This document shows positions 1 to 9,441 of a stretch of DNA of 64,000 nt, piece by piece. Position numbers and translations under genes: made by a program. The stretch's first letter is position 1. Each line of letters opens with the position of its first letter. The notes below the pieces were generated by a model, which was given only the letters and a program-made list of their open reading frames with translations, made no database searches and was not told the origin of the DNA. The stretch covers positions 1-64,000 of the IMG/VR virus record IMGVR_UViG_3300005611_000013; one strand, 5' to 3'. Source of the stretch: a virus (taxonomy: Duplodnaviria > Caudoviricetes).

Positions 1-591
1 GATAACTGATGGTAAAATTAAATACACAAGAATAAAAGTAAGAATAGCTGATTTAGCTTCAATTTCTTTTGAGTTAACAATATTCTCATGAACAAATTTT
101 TGACAGTTTTCAGACAAAAGTTTTTTGTTTTTTTTGTCGTAGCTTGATGGATCTATTCCATTTTGACTTACTATTGTAGCCCATTCATTAGTATATTGCA
201 ATGCTAGATTGGCGATTTTTCTTCTTTGCTTGTCTGGATATTCTTTTGCTATATAGTCTTTAATCTTACTTAAATCAACGCGATTTTCAGACCCAAAATT
301 ATTTTGCTCAAAACCGCTATACTTAAACTCAAAATCTGGGAAATATTTTAATTTAATAGTTCCACCAAGTTTGCCAAGAAATATACCCTCAACATATGCT
401 GTTATGGGTATGAATAGTTTTTTTGTTCTTACACTTGGCATTACTTTTGTAAAATCAAAACTTATGCCATCATCTTTTTTATCTATTCTAACATCTAAAC
501 TGGATGGGCAAAATAATGTAAATTTGTCAACTTTGTAGCCAGATTTTGAAAATACTTCTTCAACAATTTTCTTTATGTAGGAAACATCCAT
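1..591 (-). CDS. Hypothetical protein, runs off the left edge (MDVSYIKKIVEE...)
   Basis: ATG at 591, open frame to position 1 read manually; follows ORF 595..1062 closely. Confidence 0.6.
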   Translation of the reverse strand, partial: MDVSYIKKIVEEVFSKSGYKVDKFTLFCPSSLDVRIDKKDDGISFDFTKVMPSVRTKKLFIPITAYVEGIFLGKLGGTIKLKYFPDFEFKYSGFEQNNFGSENRVDLSKIKDYIAKEYPDKQRRKIANLALQYTNEWATIVSQNGIDPSSYDKKNKKLLSENCQKFVHENIVNSKEIEAKSAILTFILVYLILPSVI

Positions 592-594
592 ATA

Positions 595-1062
595 TTATCT
601 CTCTATTAAAGCCCACGCCAATCCATTAAAAACTTTCTGTAGAACTTCCTTTTCTTCATTACTTAAAACGTGATTCTCATCAGTTGTTACTGAAGACACT
701 AAAGACTTTAAACCTTGTGCATAATTTTCATATTTGCCTTTTAGTTTGTCTTCAAAAAAAATTGCTCCAGCTTTTGTATATAAATCATTAACTTGTTGAA
801 CATCTGTATTGTATTTTGTTATTCTCGTTGCAAACTCATGATTAAACAATGAAAGCTTTGCTCTATCTTCCGTTTCTGTTACTAAATTGGCTACGGGTCT
901 AACTTGTAATAGGATTTCTTCAGAGGGTTTATCAACCTGTATTAATTCTTCAACTTCGTCAACTTCGTCTGGAATAGGATTTATATCTATGTTTTCTGGA
1001 ACTGATCCAAAAAACACAAATCCCAATAAAGCAAGAGCTATTAGTATTTTTACATATCTCAT
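595..1062 (-). CDS. Exported/membrane-anchored hypothetical protein
   Basis: N-terminal basic + hydrophobic signal-like stretch; operon-like packing. Confidence 0.65.
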   Translation of the reverse strand: MRYVKILIALALLGFVFFGSVPENIDINPIPDEVDEVEELIQVDKPSEEILLQVRPVANLVTETEDRAKLSLFNHEFATRITKYNTDVQQVNDLYTKAGAIFFEDKLKGKYENYAQGLKSLVSSVTTDENHVLSNEEKEVLQKVFNGLAWALIER

Positions 1063-1063
1063 A

Positions 1064-1381
1064 TTAACCCTCCTCTAAGTTGTCATTTAATAGAGGGAAT
1101 ACTTCATCCATTTTTTCAGATGCATTTGATAATCCAGCATCGTCACACTGTTTTTTTAAAAGATACCAAAGCTCAAGAGTTCTAAGAAACTGACTATCTT
1201 CTCTAACTTTAACTACCACTTTACCGTCTGGAGTTATATTTTCATCATCCTTGATAGTTAATTTAGCTAATAGATATGAAAAATCTATGCTACTCAATAG
1301 CAATCCAACTGCTACTACTACGGCAACACCTTTCAGGATGAATTCTAAATCAAACATTATTTTGTCTCCATTTTTATACAT
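1064..1381 (-). CDS. Small membrane protein (likely start MFDLEF near 1357)
   Basis: One hydrophobic segment ILKGVAVVVAVGLLLSSI. Confidence 0.6.
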   Translation of the reverse strand: MYKNGDKIMFDLEFILKGVAVVVAVGLLLSSIDFSYLLAKLTIKDDENITPDGKVVVKVREDSQFLRTLELWYLLKKQCDDAGLSNASEKMDEVFPLLNDNLEEG

Positions 1382-1746
1382 TCACATTTTTCACATGCAC
1401 ACCTACTATCGCATTCACATATAAAATTTTTATCTTCCATTGAACCAAACTCTTTACTGTGAAATGGACAGGGTGTATCGTGACCGTCACCGTGAGTTAT
1501 CACTCCTGTTCCCTTACATGGACATTTAGCTGGGTCTTCGTTTGGAATTGGCCCAACTGGAACCACTGGAACGTTATTGCGATAAACTTCTTTTTCAGCA
1601 TTGTCAAATGCAATAACTATTTGCTCCCTCCATTGATCAACTACGCTTGCGTACATTTGTATAACATCTTTTTCAGATATACAATACGCTGGAGTTGATA
1701 GTGTTAGTAAGAGGATTATGGATGTAATTAATTTTTTCATATTCAA
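1357..1746 (-). CDS. Secreted Cys-rich protein
   Basis: Signal peptide MKKLITSIILLLTLSTPAYC; CPCKGTG..HGDGH..CPFH and a C-terminal Cys cluster. Confidence 0.65.
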   Translation of the reverse strand: MNMKKLITSIILLLTLSTPAYCISEKDVIQMYASVVDQWREQIVIAFDNAEKEVYRNNVPVVPVGPIPNEDPAKCPCKGTGVITHGDGHDTPCPFHSKEFGSMEDKNFICECDSRCACEKCECIKMETK

Positions 1747-1952
1747 CCCGATTGCACATAGTAATAAACGTCATCAAATCTATCTGTATACAGTGTTTCA
1801 AGCTCTTCGTATGAGAGACTTGTTTCATACACACCAGTGGCTGAACTATAAGACCCAGTGTTAAAACACATAACTACTGTTGTTGCATTAGCTGGAACTG
1901 GTAAGGTTCCAATGCCTGAAGTTGCATATGTTACTACGTCGGTTGTTGCCAT
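1743..1952 (-). CDS. Hypothetical protein
   Basis: RBS GGAG upstream, stop/start overlap with neighbour. Confidence 0.55.
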   Translation of the reverse strand: MATTDVVTYATSGIGTLPVPANATTVVMCFNTGSYSSATGVYETSLSYEELETLYTDRFDDVYYYVQSG

Positions 1953-1961
1953 TATTTTCTC

Positions 1962-2888
1962 CTAAAATACTTGTTCTAAAGTCCAATCTACTTTCCTTGG
2001 TGGGAAGCCATCTACATCGCTAAGAACCCACGATCCATTTTGTGATAACATATCTGCTGCATCACGCTCACGAATCCAAAATGATCCATCTGGTTGATCT
2101 AATCTTTTAGGACCGCCATTCCAAACTCCCCAGGAGTTTTGTACCAAGAATAATGTTTCTTTATGAATCTCATGAGAATCATCCATCGCACACCAGCACA
2201 TTGCATGGCTCCATCCGCCTGAGCGTTTTGCTATACCATACTTGTCTCTACGGGAACTAAATCCATGTCCAGAGCACACACTTATTGCGTATCCATTAGC
2301 AATAGCATCTCTGGCTTCTTCTACCGTCTTGATAAGACTAATTGTTTTTACTTGATGTTTTTTACCTTCTTCTTTTAATTCTCTTGGTACACCGCTTCTT
2401 CCCCACCTAGCACCAAGCATACCATCATATTTGGATAAGTCAATGCTTCCATATTTCTTACGGAGTAAAACACCTCCATTTTGATGCACGAATCTGGCAG
2501 CTACAGAACAAGACATGCCTTGACCACCATGACCCCTTGAGCCATAGATAGCTTCAGTTGCACTCCTTGCTACCCACTCTTCGCGTTCACCACCTATTAT
2601 TTCTGTACTACGTGTAACATCTATGGCATTTCTAGTTGACATTGAAACACAATCGCCAGTAACCTGCCGTTCTGTATAACCAAATGATGGATCAAATCTT
2701 TGAACATTTTTGTATAGAAGTGCTATTTTACCTTTACCACTTTCATAAAGATTATATGCAGCAGCACCAAATAGAGGATGTGGCAATTCACCAAGTAGCC
2801 TATCCACATCCTCTGGATCGCAGTATGAACCTACAAAACCTTCTTTATAGGCTTTAAGTAAGTCTGATGGTTTTTTAAAATCAACCAT
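1962..2888 (-). CDS. Papain-like (C1-type) cysteine peptidase
   Basis: Q..GDCVS (oxyanion Gln + catalytic Cys), SHAM (His), QNSWG (Asn). Confidence 0.8.
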   Translation of the reverse strand: MVDFKKPSDLLKAYKEGFVGSYCDPEDVDRLLGELPHPLFGAAAYNLYESGKGKIALLYKNVQRFDPSFGYTERQVTGDCVSMSTRNAIDVTRSTEIIGGEREEWVARSATEAIYGSRGHGGQGMSCSVAARFVHQNGGVLLRKKYGSIDLSKYDGMLGARWGRSGVPRELKEEGKKHQVKTISLIKTVEEARDAIANGYAISVCSGHGFSSRRDKYGIAKRSGGWSHAMCWCAMDDSHEIHKETLFLVQNSWGVWNGGPKRLDQPDGSFWIRERDAADMLSQNGSWVLSDVDGFPPRKVDWTLEQVF

Positions 2889-3102
2889 TTTCTTCCTTTA
2901 CGTTGTTTTTCATCCACTTAACTAAAGTATCAATTGCTACTGATACTACTGGTACTAACATTATACCTGTTGTACCAAGATCTACATCGGAAACATTTTC
3001 CCCTACGTAAGTTAACATAGCTGCTAAACCTACAAGGAGTGCGTTTTTTCCAAGATTCACTAAATCTGAAGTGTTTAGCGAAAAAGATTTGGAGTCTGAC
3101 AT
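2881..3102 (-). CDS. Small two-TM protein, holin-like
   Basis: 73 aa, two hydrophobic helices, charged C-terminus. Confidence 0.45.
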   Translation of the reverse strand: MSDSKSFSLNTSDLVNLGKNALLVGLAAMLTYVGENVSDVDLGTTGIMLVPVVSVAIDTLVKWMKNNVKEENG

Positions 3103-3104
3103 TA

Positions 3105-3698
3105 TTATACCTCTTTGATTTGAGAAATACTAACTAAAAATCCTCCATGTTTTTCATCCGTTATCTTATATGGGTATCCTACCATAAGAATCTTCTTGTC
3201 GTTTATTGTTCTTGTGGTTCTATTGAATTTTCTATTCATTTTAATACAGGAAGTAAATTCTTGCAAGACATCTTCCCTTTCTTCTTCGTCAATACAGTTT
3301 AGCCAATCATAACCCTCTACGCTTTTTGCTATATCTTGAGTTAGATCACAAAGATGTACATTGTTCCATATAAGTCTTCCATCTTCGTCTGTTTCAAATA
3401 GTGCAACATTGCTGTAGTGTAGTGAAGCTTTTGTTCTTTGCTCTATAACTCTTTGTCTTACTTCAATTCTGTCACAAGTTTTTCCTAGATTAATTACAGC
3501 ATCTTTTAAGCTATTGCCACCATTGGTTTGTAATTCTTTTCTTATTTGCTCTACGGAATCTTTAAAGTATTCTTGATTTTTTAACAAATCAATTAAAGGT
3601 TTTACAATTTTAACCCATGCTAAACTAAGCATTGTTCCTAAGCCGCCCAGTAAACTAACTAAAATAGCTACTATTTCAGCATTTAATGATTCTTGCAC
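3105..3698 (-). CDS. Membrane-anchored coiled-coil + PAS-like domain protein
   Basis: N-terminal TM, coiled coil, then FETDEDGRLIWNN..LC...GYDWLNCIDEEERE PAS-like signature. Confidence 0.65.
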   Translation of the reverse strand: MQESLNAEIVAILVSLLGGLGTMLSLAWVKIVKPLIDLLKNQEYFKDSVEQIRKELQTNGGNSLKDAVINLGKTCDRIEVRQRVIEQRTKASLHYSNVALFETDEDGRLIWNNVHLCDLTQDIAKSVEGYDWLNCIDEEEREDVLQEFTSCIKMNRKFNRTTRTINDKKILMVGYPYKITDEKHGGFLVSISQIKEV

Positions 3699-3768
3699 TT
3701 TTTTACCCTTATGATTTTGATAAACTGGTGCCTATTTCTAGACACCAGTTATCAATTAGAAATAATTA

Positions 3769-4506
3769 CTAAGGTGCAGCAGTTGTGGTTGTAGTTGTAG
3801 TTGGTGCCTCTGTTGTTGTGGTTGTAGTAGTTGTTTGACTACTCCCATCGTCGCTTGGCTCAAAAGCATCCCTTGCTTTATATTCATCAGTTGTTGGTCT
3901 ACCTAATCCACCAAAGTGGTAAGTTAGTTCGCCTGGAACTGATCTTGTTGGTGATCCCGCATCATCACTTGCTGATGTTGAACCATCGTTAACTTCAACA
4001 AAATCTGAAGCACTACCAGCACCAGCACCGCGAGTTCTACCTGGAACAACGCCACTGTCTGGAACTGCTAAAACATCAAAAGATGCACTAGCATACGCAC
4101 CAATTCTTCTGGTTGATACAACCTTGTGAATTGTTTCACGACCAACGCCGTCATATTCTGCGCCTGGAATGTTTAGAAGTGTTGTGCTATCATTATTAAT
4201 CTTAGATGCACTATCTCCAGCAGCTTTGAGGATGAAGTTTCTTTCACCAGCCTGTGCGTCTGGAAAATAAGCTAGACCACCAGTACCGGCAGACTTTGCT
4301 GTGGTAACACCCGCTGGATCGGTGTAGCCAGGAACTGCCCCACCATCATTAGCTACTACTTGTGAGCCATAGCCATCATCTACTGCTAATTCATTAAGAT
4401 TGATTACTTTTGTCATGGGACTATTAGCTGATAAGGTGCCAGCAGCTAATACTGTTCCACCATTATTTACTGTAGAACCTGAACCCTTCGCTGTTGTTGT
4501 AGACAT
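3769..4506 (-). CDS. Gly/Ala/Ser-rich probable virion protein with poly-Thr tail
   Basis: C-terminus QTTTTTTTTEAPTTTTTTTAAP; GTGTATAA motif upstream at 4582-4591. Confidence 0.6.
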   Translation of the reverse strand: MSTTTAKGSGSTVNNGGTVLAAGTLSANSPMTKVINLNELAVDDGYGSQVVANDGGAVPGYTDPAGVTTAKSAGTGGLAYFPDAQAGERNFILKAAGDSASKINNDSTTLLNIPGAEYDGVGRETIHKVVSTRRIGAYASASFDVLAVPDSGVVPGRTRGAGAGSASDFVEVNDGSTSASDDAGSPTRSVPGELTYHFGGLGRPTTDEYKARDAFEPSDDGSSQTTTTTTTTEAPTTTTTTTAAP

Positions 4507-4582
4507 AATTTCTCCTGTTAACTTACTTAGTTCTTAATTATTTTATCCCAAACATCCTTTATTTGGTCCAAGTCCTATTACT

Positions 4583-5068
4583 TTATACACATGATGAGAA
4601 CTTTTTCCTAATCTTTCTCAACGCTTTATTCAACTTCTTTCTCGTTGTTTCCCTATTAGAATTTCGTTTAGTTGCCATCTCATCTATGGTCATATTAGAA
4701 ATTTTATCAAGAACAAGAGATCTTTCATCCTCAGTGTTAAGTTCATCTAGAATGTCAACTATCATGGTTGATGTATCTTTGCTTGGAATATTTTCATGTA
4801 TTTGGCAAGTTGCAAGTTTAGATTTATTCCTGAATTTGAGTTCCTTTATACATTCTATAAAAACTCCATTGTACAAATAAGTTGTAAATTTTGTATTCTT
4901 TTCTGGCTTGAAGTTAAGAAAAGATTTCCAAAGAGCATTTATTTGACAAGTATAAATACTATCATCATCTAGTTGTTTGCGAAAGCTATTTGATGCCTTA
5001 TTCATGATTTTTACTATATCTTTGTTTTTAAGTGCTTTTTCAATTTTTGTATTCATGCAATCTTCCAT
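4583..5068 (-). CDS. Small phage RNA polymerase sigma-like factor
   Basis: Region-2-like ALWKSFLNFKPEKNTKFTTYLY and region-4-like MTIDEMATKRNSNRETTRKKLNKALRKIR. Confidence 0.65.
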   Translation of the reverse strand: MEDCMNTKIEKALKNKDIVKIMNKASNSFRKQLDDDSIYTCQINALWKSFLNFKPEKNTKFTTYLYNGVFIECIKELKFRNKSKLATCQIHENIPSKDTSTMIVDILDELNTEDERSLVLDKISNMTIDEMATKRNSNRETTRKKLNKALRKIRKKFSSCV

Positions 5069-5073
5069 ATAAA

Positions 5074-5520
5074 CTATTCTCCTTTGGGTAAAATCGTACT
5101 TTCAATGTTTTTCCTAACATCACTAAAATCAAACATGGTCCCCACTCCAATAAAAAATCTGTACCTACTGCATATCTTTAACAATTCTATACCGGGTACA
5201 TTGTCCAGTTTTTCCTTTACTTGAGGAGTTATGTCAAAGTTTGTATGTGCCATCCAGCAATCAAAATTTGAAAGCATAGTTACTTCTTTCAAGAGTTCTT
5301 CTGATACTGGAATTATATTCGGGGCACCGTTGCTTGGCAAGTCCACTTCTTCCAAAATTTCATCTTCATCATACTCTTCGTTATCAATATTTCTAGACAT
5401 CATACCTTGCATGACTGTCGTTAATATTGGACATGATAGTTGCTTTTCCATTACATCTTCATACTTCTGCCATCCTATTTTGAATTTATTTTTTTTCATG
5501 CCGTGACCCCTTTGTTTCAT
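5074..5520 (-). CDS. Hypothetical protein
   Basis: ORF track, operon packing. Confidence 0.6.
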   Translation of the reverse strand: MKQRGHGMKKNKFKIGWQKYEDVMEKQLSCPILTTVMQGMMSRNIDNEEYDEDEILEEVDLPSNGAPNIIPVSEELLKEVTMLSNFDCWMAHTNFDITPQVKEKLDNVPGIELLKICSRYRFFIGVGTMFDFSDVRKNIESTILPKGE

Positions 5521-5894
5521 AACATATCAGACGGACGTATACACGGTTGATTCCTTACCTTATCCTGAACTTGGTTTAAAAATGTTTTTGTTGACTGTTT
5601 ACCTACGTGCATTAAAAAGTTTATTAATGCTTCCTCGTCGGCTTCTTTTTCTAACCCATCTTTTATTATGTAGACAGTTTCAAGATACCCCTTTTCATTA
5701 CTTAGTACATCAAGTATTTTGCATAGTTTATTTATGCTTTCTTGATCATAATCTTCTACGGCCACATCTATTTTTACTATGGTATCATTTTTATCTACGT
5801 AATAAGTTATTGCTACTTGTGCTTGATCTTCCTGGTTTAGCTTGGACACTTCTTCTCTTGTTTGCGTCTGTTTCGTATTAAAGATATTGAACAT
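5517..5894 (-). CDS. Hypothetical protein
   Basis: ORF track, operon packing. Confidence 0.55.
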   Translation of the reverse strand: MFNIFNTKQTQTREEVSKLNQEDQAQVAITYYVDKNDTIVKIDVAVEDYDQESINKLCKILDVLSNEKGYLETVYIIKDGLEKEADEEALINFLMHVGKQSTKTFLNQVQDKVRNQPCIRPSDML

Positions 5895-6966
5895 TTTTCA
5901 GTATTTCCTCCGCTGTGTTCTCCCAGGTGAATCTATTAGCGGTTTTTACTCCATCTAAATTTTGATTAAGGTTTCCGCTTTGTTTTAAATTGTGAATATC
6001 TCTCATATATTCTACAGTTTGATCTATTTGAGATTTTCCAAACTCTGCCCATTGACCCACTTTTCCATTAAACCACTTTCCATCATACGCTGGCTCTAAA
6101 TTGTCTATGTTAATTAGTTTGGAATTATTTGAGTTGCAGAATTCAGTGTGTGCAGAGTAGTTAGTTATTATTACATGCTTTCCGCAAGCCATCAATTCAA
6201 GCGGCTCCAAGTTCCAGCCCTCTGCTTTAGATGGGAATACTCCACAGTCAACTCTAGACATAATGTTATACACTTCACGATGATTACTTACTCTGTTTAT
6301 GAAACGTATCTTGTGACCAAGCTCGCTATCAGAATACAATCTTTTCCATTGCAAATCCTCTTGTTCGTCTAAAAATGGATTACTACACATTATCCATAGT
6401 TCTACATTATCGTCATCTGTGAAGGCTTTATTGAATATTTCTGGCAATATTTTATGGCCTTTTCTAACCTCCCACTTTCCACAATTAAAAAAGATTGTTG
6501 GACCAGGATTTATTTCGCATGGCTTAAATGTATTCAAATCTACTCCTAGAGGTATTATGTCTATTTTTGGATTATCAAAAGTCGCTCCTCTTGGCTTGAT
6601 GCCGTTGTTGAGACATACATTTTTTGCCCACTCTGAACAAACAAACAGTCTGTCAACTGAGTTTAGTTGGTGCCTTTCTATTGGACTAAACGTGTCTAAT
6701 TCAAATATTGGGAACCCCACATGCTCTCCGCACCCAACAAACTGAGCCATGTCATGTTGGTGCCAAATACGAATAGAAGGATCTTCATAATTAAAAAACT
6801 TTGCATTGCTAATACACTTTTTAACTACTAGGGCGTCCTCCTCTTCTGTGACTTGCGGTTGACCAATTGTCCAGAGAGATACTTCAACCCTTTTACTAAG
6901 TTCTTTTACTATATTCAATCCAGTTACACCGTATCCCAATGGATTTATTGGGCAAATTATGTTCAT
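5878..6966 (-). CDS. GT-B glycosyltransferase (family 4-like)
   Basis: IPLGVD, GKWEVRKGH, FPSKAEGWNLEPLELMACG motif. Confidence 0.85.
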   Translation of the reverse strand: MNIICPINPLGYGVTGLNIVKELSKRVEVSLWTIGQPQVTEEEDALVVKKCISNAKFFNYEDPSIRIWHQHDMAQFVGCGEHVGFPIFELDTFSPIERHQLNSVDRLFVCSEWAKNVCLNNGIKPRGATFDNPKIDIIPLGVDLNTFKPCEINPGPTIFFNCGKWEVRKGHKILPEIFNKAFTDDDNVELWIMCSNPFLDEQEDLQWKRLYSDSELGHKIRFINRVSNHREVYNIMSRVDCGVFPSKAEGWNLEPLELMACGKHVIITNYSAHTEFCNSNNSKLINIDNLEPAYDGKWFNGKVGQWAEFGKSQIDQTVEYMRDIHNLKQSGNLNQNLDGVKTANRFTWENTAEEILKNVQYL

Positions 6967-6991
6967 ATTTAATACTCTTTAGTGAGGGTAA

Positions 6992-7399
6992 TTATTTATT
7001 GAAGCCATTATCTATGCTCCACCAAATTTTTTTTATACCAAGGGAACGAATAATCTTGTTACAATAACGACACGGTTTACTGCATCTGAGTTCACCACGT
7101 TTGTTTAGTCTTATTATAACCATTTTTAGGTTGTCGTCAATGTAATATTTTCCCCAAAGTCTAGAAATTAGATCTGTTTCCGCATGTAGGTAAGGGTGTT
7201 CCATGCCAGTATTGAATCTTTTTGAAAGCATCAAAGCCTGCGTGTGTGTCTTCTCTGGATTGTTTTGACCTATTGCGAGTAGTTTATTTTTATGATATCC
7301 AAACGCAAAGTGATAAAATTTATTTCTACTACACCTTGAGTTTTTAGCTTTTGGTAGTAATGAGAGTGCTATATTGTAGGATTGATTAATTATGCTCAC
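6992..7399 (-). CDS. Zinc-dependent cytidine-deaminase-fold protein
   Basis: HAE and KPCRYC motifs. Confidence 0.7.
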   Translation of the reverse strand: MSIINQSYNIALSLLPKAKNSRCSRNKFYHFAFGYHKNKLLAIGQNNPEKTHTQALMLSKRFNTGMEHPYLHAETDLISRLWGKYYIDDNLKMVIIRLNKRGELRCSKPCRYCNKIIRSLGIKKIWWSIDNGFNK

Positions 7400-7835
7400 G
7401 CTTGAATGCTCCTGAAATAAAATCCTCTATTGTTTTTGGTTGGCCTAGTTTAAAAACAGAATACATTCTTTTGGTTGCCTCTGACTTATTCATACCAAGA
7501 GATTGTAGTGTTTCAACGCACTCTTTTTGGAAGTCTGTCATTGTTTGCTTTGGTTTTTGTGTTTTTGCAGCAGTCTGTTTCTTGACTTGTGGCTTTTTCT
7601 TTGGGGTTAATGGGGATGATTTGATTGCTGGCTTGCTGACAGTGTAATTTTTGCGAGGTAGTATTTTTTCTTCTGATATGTAACCAATTTCAAAATAGTC
7701 TGTAAGTTTTTTGGGTTTAGAAAAAAAATAACCAAAAACAGATACTATCATAAAAAGCAAAGCGATCACTTGTGAAACATTTTCTGATGGTTGTGGATTC
7801 ATGGTTTTTTCTCCTTTGATTCCATTATATGTCAT
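7386..7835 (-). CDS. Membrane-anchored hypothetical protein (likely start MNPQPSE near 7802)
   Basis: TM segment, Lys-rich linker; sigma70 promoter directly upstream. Confidence 0.55.
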   Translation of the reverse strand: MTYNGIKGEKTMNPQPSENVSQVIALLFMIVSVFGYFFSKPKKLTDYFEIGYISEEKILPRKNYTVSKPAIKSSPLTPKKKPQVKKQTAAKTQKPKQTMTDFQKECVETLQSLGMNKSEATKRMYSVFKLGQPKTIEDFISGAFKREHN

Positions 7836-7852
7836 CGTCAGAAAATTGTCAA
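7824..7852 (-). promoter_or_regulatory. sigma70-type promoter TTGACA-N17-TATAAT
   Basis: Perfect consensus on minus strand. Confidence 0.8.
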
Positions 7853-7866
7853 GTGTTTAGAAAAAA

Positions 7867-7899
7867 AATGACCCGAAAGCTTTTTGCAATCGGGTCATT
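7867..7899 (-). terminator. Intrinsic terminator after ssb
   Basis: AATGACCCGA/TCGGGTCATT hairpin followed by a T-run on minus strand. Confidence 0.75.
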
Positions 7900-7923
7900 G
7901 AAAGGGTTTTCTAGGTTAAATAA

Positions 7924-8259
7924 TTAGGCACTTTCTTTTTCCTGCAATGAGGAACCGGACGGTCCAAGTGAGATTTCGTCTGCCATAACGCAAACGGAAT
8001 TCCTTGGATTACCTTCCTTGTCTTGATAATCATCTATCTTAATTTTGCCCTGAACTCCAACCAATCTCCCTTTCTTTAAATGATCCTTCAAAGCCTCGGC
8101 CATCTTTCCAAAACCAAGAACATTTAAGTAAAGAGTGTCATCATTGCGACGATCATTGACCGCCATGCGAAACTTTACCATTGACGTTCCTTTTTGGGTG
8201 ACATTAAAATCTGCGTCTTTTGTTAGACGACCGCAGCCAAGCCAAGAATTGATATTCAT
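7924..8259 (-). CDS. ssb: Single-stranded DNA-binding protein
   Basis: GRLTKD...FRMAVN...LKKGRLVGVQGKIK OB-fold signature. Confidence 0.9.
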   Translation of the reverse strand: MNINSWLGCGRLTKDADFNVTQKGTSMVKFRMAVNDRRNDDTLYLNVLGFGKMAEALKDHLKKGRLVGVQGKIKIDDYQDKEGNPRNSVCVMADEISLGPSGSSLQEKESA

Positions 8260-8262
8260 AAA

Positions 8263-8583
8263 TTAAACCTCCAGAGCTGAACGAATTTTACCACGCATTA
8301 CCTGTGTATTGCCACGATTATACGTACCAAGTGTAGCACTATAAATAGTACGTGCAACTCTACGTGGAATACCTAGTAAGCTTGCAGCATATTCAGTTCC
8401 ATCCCTAGTGTCGTCAAAAAAACCAAACCCAGACTTGTGTGCAAGTGCCGTTACCGGATTTAGTGTATGCCCACGATTAGGACCACTCTGTATAGTGGCA
8501 ACAACCTTGTTGTTGTTGTCCAGGTGCCAGTGGTAAGAATTGGACACATTGTAAAGTCTATCAAAAAAGTCATTAAAAGTCAT
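8263..8583 (-). CDS. Hypothetical protein
   Basis: ORF track, RBS GGAG. Confidence 0.6.
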   Translation of the reverse strand: MTFNDFFDRLYNVSNSYHWHLDNNNKVVATIQSGPNRGHTLNPVTALAHKSGFGFFDDTRDGTEYAASLLGIPRRVARTIYSATLGTYNRGNTQVMRGKIRSALEV

Positions 8584-8586
8584 TGA

Positions 8587-8793
8587 TTATTCTCCTAGAA
8601 CTGAAAAGTTATTTGGCTTATCTGCAACATTCTTATTTACATCTTCACTATTAAGGATTGTACTTTCTCCCTCTTTTAGATATTCTACTAGTCTATTGAT
8701 TTCCTGTTCAATCTTCTCCTTTTGTTTTACTAAATCATTCAATGCTCCTTGGACGTTTCCAAGATGAGCCTTTGCCATGTCTGTTAAATTCAT
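8587..8793 (-). CDS. Small coiled-coil protein
   Basis: Heptad pattern. Confidence 0.55.
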   Translation of the reverse strand: MNLTDMAKAHLGNVQGALNDLVKQKEKIEQEINRLVEYLKEGESTILNSEDVNKNVADKPNNFSVLGE

Positions 8794-8994
8794 TACTAGA
8801 TCTCCTTAGTGATATAATCTAAAACCTTTTTATGTGACCAACTCTCTTTATAACTGCCAAGCGTACTTAGTTTGGCAATTTCATTATACTCAGTTTGAAG
8901 CTTGTGCAACAACTGAATTAAAAATTCTATGTTATTTGTACTTATGCATTCATTCACAACTTCCCTTAGTGAATCTAAATTGTCAATCTTTTTT

Positions 8995-9441
8995 TTACGT
9001 GGCATAAGATAATTCAACTCCAGATTCTTGGAATAATTTGCGAGATATTTCAAAACTACTTTCCCACCGATCTTTGCAGTTTGGGTAAGACACAACCCTT
9101 TTTATACCAGACTGAATTATAACACTTGCACATTTTGAGCATGGTTCAAATGGATATGTGTATAGCGTACATCCTTTTAGGGATTTGTTTGCAAACATAA
9201 TAGCATTCATTTCCGCATGAATAATTACTTGGTATTTTAATTCCCTGTCATTTAATCGTGATTCATTATCAATAACTTCTCTTGGGAAACCATTGTAGCC
9301 AACAGATATTATCCTATTCTCATCGTCAGTTATAACTGCACCAACTTTTGTTGATGGATCTTTAGACCAACTGGAAACCAATTTTGCCATATCCAAAAAA
9401 CGTCTATCCCATTTTTTAGAATTACATATCTTACAATTCAT
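8995..9441 (-). CDS. dCMP deaminase
   Basis: WSKDPSTKVGAVI, GYNGFP, HAEMNAI, EPCSKC. Confidence 0.92.
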   Translation of the reverse strand: MNCKICNSKKWDRRFLDMAKLVSSWSKDPSTKVGAVITDDENRIISVGYNGFPREVIDNESRLNDRELKYQVIIHAEMNAIMFANKSLKGCTLYTYPFEPCSKCASVIIQSGIKRVVSYPNCKDRWESSFEISRKLFQESGVELSYAT

